From: Asterias amurensis
Taxonomy: Eukaryota
Assembly: GCF_032118995.1 (NCBI RefSeq)
Contig: NC_092655.1
Coordinates: forward strand, 14,525,223 to 14,589,222
Direction: 5' to 3'
Length of the DNA: 64,000 nucleotides
Both the position numbers and the translations under genes were made by a program. Below are positions 58,761 through 64,000 of the stretch, piece after piece. Every line of letters begins with the position of its first letter. The stretch's first letter is position 1. The notes below the pieces were generated by a model. That model was not told where the DNA came from. It saw only the letters and a program-made list of their open reading frames with translations, and ran no database searches.

Positions 58761-59336
58761 GTCGACCCATGATTGACCACTGACTAGCGATGACATGCGT
58801 AGTGTTGCACTCGCTCAAAATGACTTAGGAAATCTAGTCACCCATCGATATTCCGCTTTTTTTGCTATACTCTAACTGTTCCGCTTCTGTGCTTCCCACA
58901 TGTTAGCCTAGAACATGCTATCGGGACCACGGAAGAAACCATGGTCCTGAGGCTGGTTCCAAATGGTCGGCTGCAGTAGTCAAACCAAGGTCAACAAGCC
59001 TGGGTTCGAGTCAAAATAGTCAACCGTGGGGCTCACTCGCACTTGCTCATTGTTGCCAAAGAACGTTAACAGGGATGTACACAGTCAAACAATAAGTAAG
59101 AATATGTTATTCACACACAGCGTACATTCACATACAGCGTACATTCACATCAAACTATTGGATTAAACGATACTGATGGGTATCTAGCAAAATACACATT
59201 TTTACTGGAGAAAAAATAACTTTACAAAAATGAGCCGTCTCTGGGCATTGTGAAATAAATGGGCCCTGAGAGGTTCATTTTGTTTGGCATCGTCCAGGAA
59301 TCAGACACTTATCAAAAAGTCTGTTATCCAGCTGTC

Positions 59337-59510
59337 GGGCAACCTCGGTAGTCTAGTTGGTAATAAGACACTGCTCTAGAATTGCAAGGGTCGTGGGTTG
59401 GAATCCCACCCGAGTAACATGCCTGTGATATTTTTTCACATGATTCGAGGAAAGTACCGAGTATACAGTGCTAGCACACATCGGAGTATGGGTAAAAACC
59501 AAAATTAAAA
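59337..59510 (+). mobile_element. SINE family D copy
   Basis: gggcaacctcggtagtctagttggtaataagacactgctctagaattgcaagggtcgtgggttggaatcccacccgagtaacatgcctgtgatattttttcacatgattcgaggaaagtaccgagtatacagtgctagcacac. Confidence 0.55.
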
Positions 59511-60257
59511 AGCCTGTTATCGGTGGAAATATCTAGATTTCAACATGCATAGTTAAATAAGGTATACGTTTGGTAATGTTGGTTGGAAGCCTACAGCAGC
59601 TTATAATAGTATAAAGCATTTTGGGAAACATTTCACTTAGAAGGAATATGTTTTTTTAAAAAGTTGTTCTGCCCCAAAATTTGAATCTGAGAAGCATTAC
59701 ATTTTGGTGAGTATTCTTCCTAATGGTCATACCTGGTCCTGGTTTAAAAAACCACGTCCACCTTTTACAATGAAGTTTTATTGTATACATCTTTATTTAT
59801 GATTTTTGGGGTTGAACAAAGAATTGACTAGAGTCAACTCCAAAAATCATTTTAAAAAAATCGACCGATTCCAAGAACCAAAGGTGTACTTTGCCTTAAT
59901 AAAAACTTTGCCTACTCACTGCTCACCACATTCTGATATAAATACATTTCTGTCATCACTCTATATTTTCTTAATTATTAAAAACACTTATGTCACAATT
60001 CCACCGAGGCCAATTCTACATTCGAGTGCGATAGTACGTGTTGTCGGACCACATTACCAGCCTAAATGCATTACAGCGTGACTTTTATGGGATGGCATTG
60101 CATGATGAGCTATCAATGTACACTTGGTCTGCGGTAACAGCATATGTATGTCTACTTGCTGGGTAGTTTAAATTCTTTTTGAGATCTTGTCTTGCTCTAA
60201 TTCTACTACCAGGGAATATGAGTTTTTATTTCTGGCTGCCCACTCCATGTAACCTAT

Positions 60258-60530
60258 GGGTGCATTCGTTTAGCTTCCCTGGGTCTACCCCGCGGTGCTT
60301 ACTCGGGTGAGCCTATGACTAGAGCTAAATGAACGATCACTCACCGCTCTCGTAGTGACGTCATGCACCCTGGGGCCAGCCCCCAAGTGACCCACTCCAC
60401 AAGCAGGGCACTGGGGGCTGACCTGGGTGAGCCAATGGAATGATGTCAAAGCTATTCTAACGCACCAGGGGGAAGACCGGGGTTGATCCAGGGAAGCTTA
60501 ACAAACGCACCCAATGTGCGTACATTGAAT
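60258..60530. mobile_element. TIR-bounded element (~270 bp)
   Basis: gggtgcattcgtttagcttccctgggtctaccccg at the left is inverted as caccagggggaagaccggggttgatccagggaagcttaacaaacgcaccc at the right. Confidence 0.5.
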
Positions 60531-60974
60531 CCTCTACAGAAGCTGGAGAGGGGTGTTTTTATTCCATTGTAATTGACAACTTCTCAACATAGAAATAAAA
60601 CCCGGAGAATGCGGAGTGTGACATTGTGCGTGAGATTTCATTGTGAGACCACTTTTATCGATGCGCGTATGCACTTCTTTGCCATACAGTAGGCGACATG
60701 ATCATTGACCAATGAAAACACTCACGTGCACTCACGTGATGATCATTTTGCCATACACGTATGTCCCATGGTGCGATAAGCGGCGTCCACAGACAACACA
60801 CTGGACGGTTGAGCTCAGCGTTCTCCGGGTTCCATTTCTAAGCTCCTAACTAGTGTCATTGAGCGTTGCATCACAAACCCTTATTGAAGTAAACCCTGTC
60901 GATACTTCCTCCTCTCTGCTTGATACTCGCTTGAAGATCCTCCTCGAGGTGATTGGTGGCGATAGAACTGTGAA

Positions 60975-61325
60975 AAAAGAAATAATAATAATAATAATAT
61001 CAAAGTCTTATATAGCGCACGTATCTACCAAATGAGGTACTCAAGGCGCTGAGTATATACAAACTTTCAGAAAGATAGGTTATTGCAGTAATGAATTCTG
61101 AGACCCAATTATTTAGCACCTTATTAGGGTTTACAAAGTGCTACGGCGCATACAGCAGCCACAGCCAGGAACACCGGGGCGAACCCCGTCTCTTTTCGAT
61201 AAGTGCACTGGGTTCTTTTACATGCGTTACACAACACATGGGACCAGTGTCTTTACGTCCCATCCGAAGGACGAAGCAATGGTTAAGTGTCTTGCTTAAG
61301 GACACAAGTGTCACGGCTGGGGAAG
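60975..61325 (-). mobile_element. SINE family A copy (minus) with an (aat)n tail at 60975-60995
   Basis: Reverse complement matches the SINE-A body (…ggcgaaccccgtctcttttcgataagtgcactgggttcttttacatgcgttacacaacacatgggacc...ccatccgaaggacgaagcaatggttaagtgtcttgcttaaggacacaagtgtcacggctgggg). Confidence 0.65.
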
Positions 61326-61883
61326 CAATGTCACAAGCGGAAAATGGAGATGGGAAGATTGAGTACTAGATAGGACTGGGCCCAATTTCATTGCTCTGCT
61401 TACCGCCGAAATTTGCGCTTCAATCACAATTCTCGGGATACGTGCAAGCGCAGAATTTCTGCGCTAGCTTTGTAAGCCAAGAATGCCTAGTAACAAGGAG
61501 TACACCCACGCAAAAAATTCCCTGCTAACCGGTGAAACACGCTTGACGTAAGCAAAGAGTTCCCTGCTTCCATAAGCGCACTTTAATGCTTAAGGTAAGC
61601 AGAGCCATAAAATTGGGCCCCGCTCTCAAAAGTAACTAGGTTCTTATGTAGCACTTATCACACCCCTAGAGGCGTATCAAGGCCCTCACAGTTTTGTCCT
61701 GCAAGATATATGGAGCTACATTTTTTAAGTATGAGCCCTTTTCCTTTATAGCACCATGCAATGGTTTTACGAGGTGCTGTGGTGCATAATGCTGCCGGTC
61801 AAACCAAAGACTTCTGGGTGAACCCCTTCTCTTTACGATAAGTGCTTTAGGTTCTTTTACATGCATTACACAACACCTGCCGT

Positions 61884-62048
61884 CGATTTCACAAAGAGTT
61901 AGGACTCGTCTTATCTCGAGTTAGGACGAGTAACTCGTTCTAACTTAGGATTAATCTTAAGGTCTGCATGCTACAGTGCAGGGTTGGGACTCGTCCTAAG
62001 TTCTAAGATTAATCCTAAGTTAGGAAGAGTTTTGTGAAATCGACGGCT
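61884..62048. mobile_element. Short palindromic MITE (M2-related)
   Basis: ccgtcgatttcacaaagagttaggactcgtcttatctcgagttaggacgag...ctaagttaggaagagttttgtgaaatcgacgg. Confidence 0.6.
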
Positions 62049-62271
62049 GGGACCTACAGCTTTACATCTCGTCTATAGGACGCAGCAATAATGGTTAATG
62101 TAACAGTACATACCTTTTTTGAGGGAACAGTGCACAGCACATGGGTGTTGCAAAGACCAACCTACATGTATACAAAGCAAGATATAAAAGTTAGCTTATA
62201 GGAAAAAGTGACATCAACACAAGATAATGAAAAATTTGATTAGCATATGAGAGCCCAAGACTCTGCTTTGA

Positions 62272-62651
62272 CGACTCTGGACAGTATTGGTAATTGACCA
62301 GTCTTCTCACTTGGTATATCTCAACATATACATAAAACAGCAAACCACTGAAAAATTTTAGCTCAATTGGTCGTCGCAGTTGCGAGATATAATAATAAAA
62401 TAAAAAACACCCTTGTCACACGAAGTTGTGTGCTTTCAGATGCTTGATTTCAAGACCTTCAAAGTCTAATTCTGAGGTCTCAAAATCAGATTCACGGAAA
62501 AATACTTCTTTCTCAAAAACTACCTCACTTCAGAGGGAGCCATTTCTCACATGGTTATATACTATCAACAGCTCTCTATTGATTGTTACCAAGTTAGGTT
62601 TTATGCTAATAATTACTTTGAGTAATTTCCAACAGTGTCACCTGCCTTTAA
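62272..62651. mobile_element. MITE family M1 copy
   Basis: ctggacagtattggtaattgacc ... agtaatttccaacagtgtcacctgcctttaa, with the internal gatttcaagaccttcaaagtctaattctgaggtctcaaaatc palindrome. Confidence 0.6.
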
Positions 62652-63682
62652 CTTGTTTGTCTTGTGATATTTTGTTCCCATGGAACGTCAACACTTTAAA
62701 ACCCCTTTTGTACAACTGAAAATTGTATCTCTGACTATAGAGACAGTTGCAGAGTCACATAATTTGGGTCAAGCTTTTGAGTAGTTACGTAAGAGACGGT
62801 GAACACCCATACAAACAGATACCAGGGTTTGCTCATCTGGAGGTTGCTATACAAAAGCTTGCCCCGAACCATTTGACATAGCAACTGTCATTATAGTCTA
62901 CATGAGAAACTCAAATGTAAGCGTTAAATTGTGACTAAGCAGGTCATTGTACAAAACACTATTCAAATCTAACTCGCAAATGGCTTATTGAGAGAGCATC
63001 TTAAAACTGTTTTGATTGTGGCTTGTTTAACATCGAACATATTTGAGTTAACTTACGTCAGACCTACTAGGCCCACTTGTATTGGTGCGTTCATAACTGG
63101 GTAGCGCTTCAGAAATGCACCTTTTTCCAACTTGTTCATGATTAATGGTGGGATGCCTTTGGGATTAAAACAAAAATATTAACCTTTCAGATCTATATAC
63201 ATATATTTTTTTTGTGAGGCGTCACCCCAACTCACAAGGCCAGACGGCCACTTCAAGGTGAAGCTTACAAAACTGACCCGGATCAGTTGTCACCATTGGG
63301 ACATGACCGCCTACTCCTGGAGATGAAAAAAGGGTTACCCCACTTCACAGTCAGGTAGGATGTAGGCATGGGTATCATCCACTAGGAGCCTGGTTGCCCC
63401 ATAGCATATCATGATGGCATGGGGTCCCAGGGAAAGCTGGAAAAGAGCGATGGAAGATGAGAGAAGGCGTCGGGAAGCTGATGATAATGAAGATGAATGA
63501 AGGGCTACGAGGTCATGGAGATAAACTGGGGCCAAATTATGAACAACTTTTTACAGTAAGCAGAAAAAAAAGTAACTATAAATACTAAAAAGTAAACTTG
63601 TGGGTACAACTATGTATAAGATCTCTTTTGAGGGAGTGTTGGCTCTGAAAACAGCTGGTGTGGTCTGGACATTTTGAACAGT

Positions 63683-63903
63683 ATAGACGATGTGACCTCT
63701 GACGTCACACGGAAACCATAACATGATTCGCGCGCATACCGCTGGGCAAAACCTTTGTGTTTTGGCAGCCAGCTAGAAAGTGTATGCAATCTTACCATGA
63801 CTACGTGTCTTTTTGCCCGGCGAAACATGACGTATACAGTGTTTTGTCAACAGAGGGCAGTTTGAATGTAAACATAGGTCACATCGTCTATACTCTGCTC
63901 GTC
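63683..63903. mobile_element. MITE family M7 copy
   Basis: tatagacgatgtgacctctgacgtcacacgg ... ataggtcacatcgtctatac. Confidence 0.7.
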
Positions 63904-64000
63904 TTCAGGATACAAGCAGAGTATACTCTTTGAAATGTCGAGAATACTCTGCTCGTCTTCAGGAGCGTGCAGAGTATACTGTTGGAAACGTCGAGACCAA

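Noticed and set aside
1-64000. Prokaryotic operon, defence-island or novel-system reading suggested by the ORF track (alternative TTG/GTG starts, short ORFs on both strands)
   Set aside because: The real coding signal is split into GT-AG-bounded exons that match IDH3B and MVP. Intergenic and intronic DNA is made of SINEs, MITEs and microsatellites. No contiguous bacterial-style genes exist here.

Overview
This 64 kb window is metazoan nuclear DNA, not a prokaryotic locus. It is AT-rich with GT-AG introns and is packed with SINEs and MITEs. The supplied ORF track uses alternative start codons, and almost all of its ORFs are repeat-derived. Two protein-coding genes on the + strand can be reconstructed exon by exon through similarity to well-known proteins. 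(1) The 3' part of an NAD-dependent isocitrate dehydrogenase beta-subunit gene (IDH3B-like): 7 exons at 1712-10739 with a TAG stop at 10737-10739; its upstream exons lie before the window. (2) A complete major vault protein gene (MVP): 25 coding exons from 13590 to 47646. All splice phases are mutually consistent, but the start-codon exon carries an apparent 1-bp frameshift. The remainder is repeats: at least four tRNA-derived SINE families, several MITE families including TTAA-flanked ones with many copies, foldback hairpins and microsatellites. Three tandem arrays stand out. A ~27-copy 120-bp array in MVP intron 22 duplicates the last 49 nt of exon 22 together with its 5' splice site. A 4-unit ~120-bp array in intron 12 duplicates the 3' splice site and the first nucleotides of exon 13. 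A 6.3 kb 55-bp minisatellite with higher-order structure lies downstream of MVP. I see no prokaryote-style defence or operon system; the interesting content is the gene pair and the unusual exon-boundary duplications. All coordinates were counted by hand from the sequence, cross-checked against the ORF-track anchors, and should be accurate to within a few bp.
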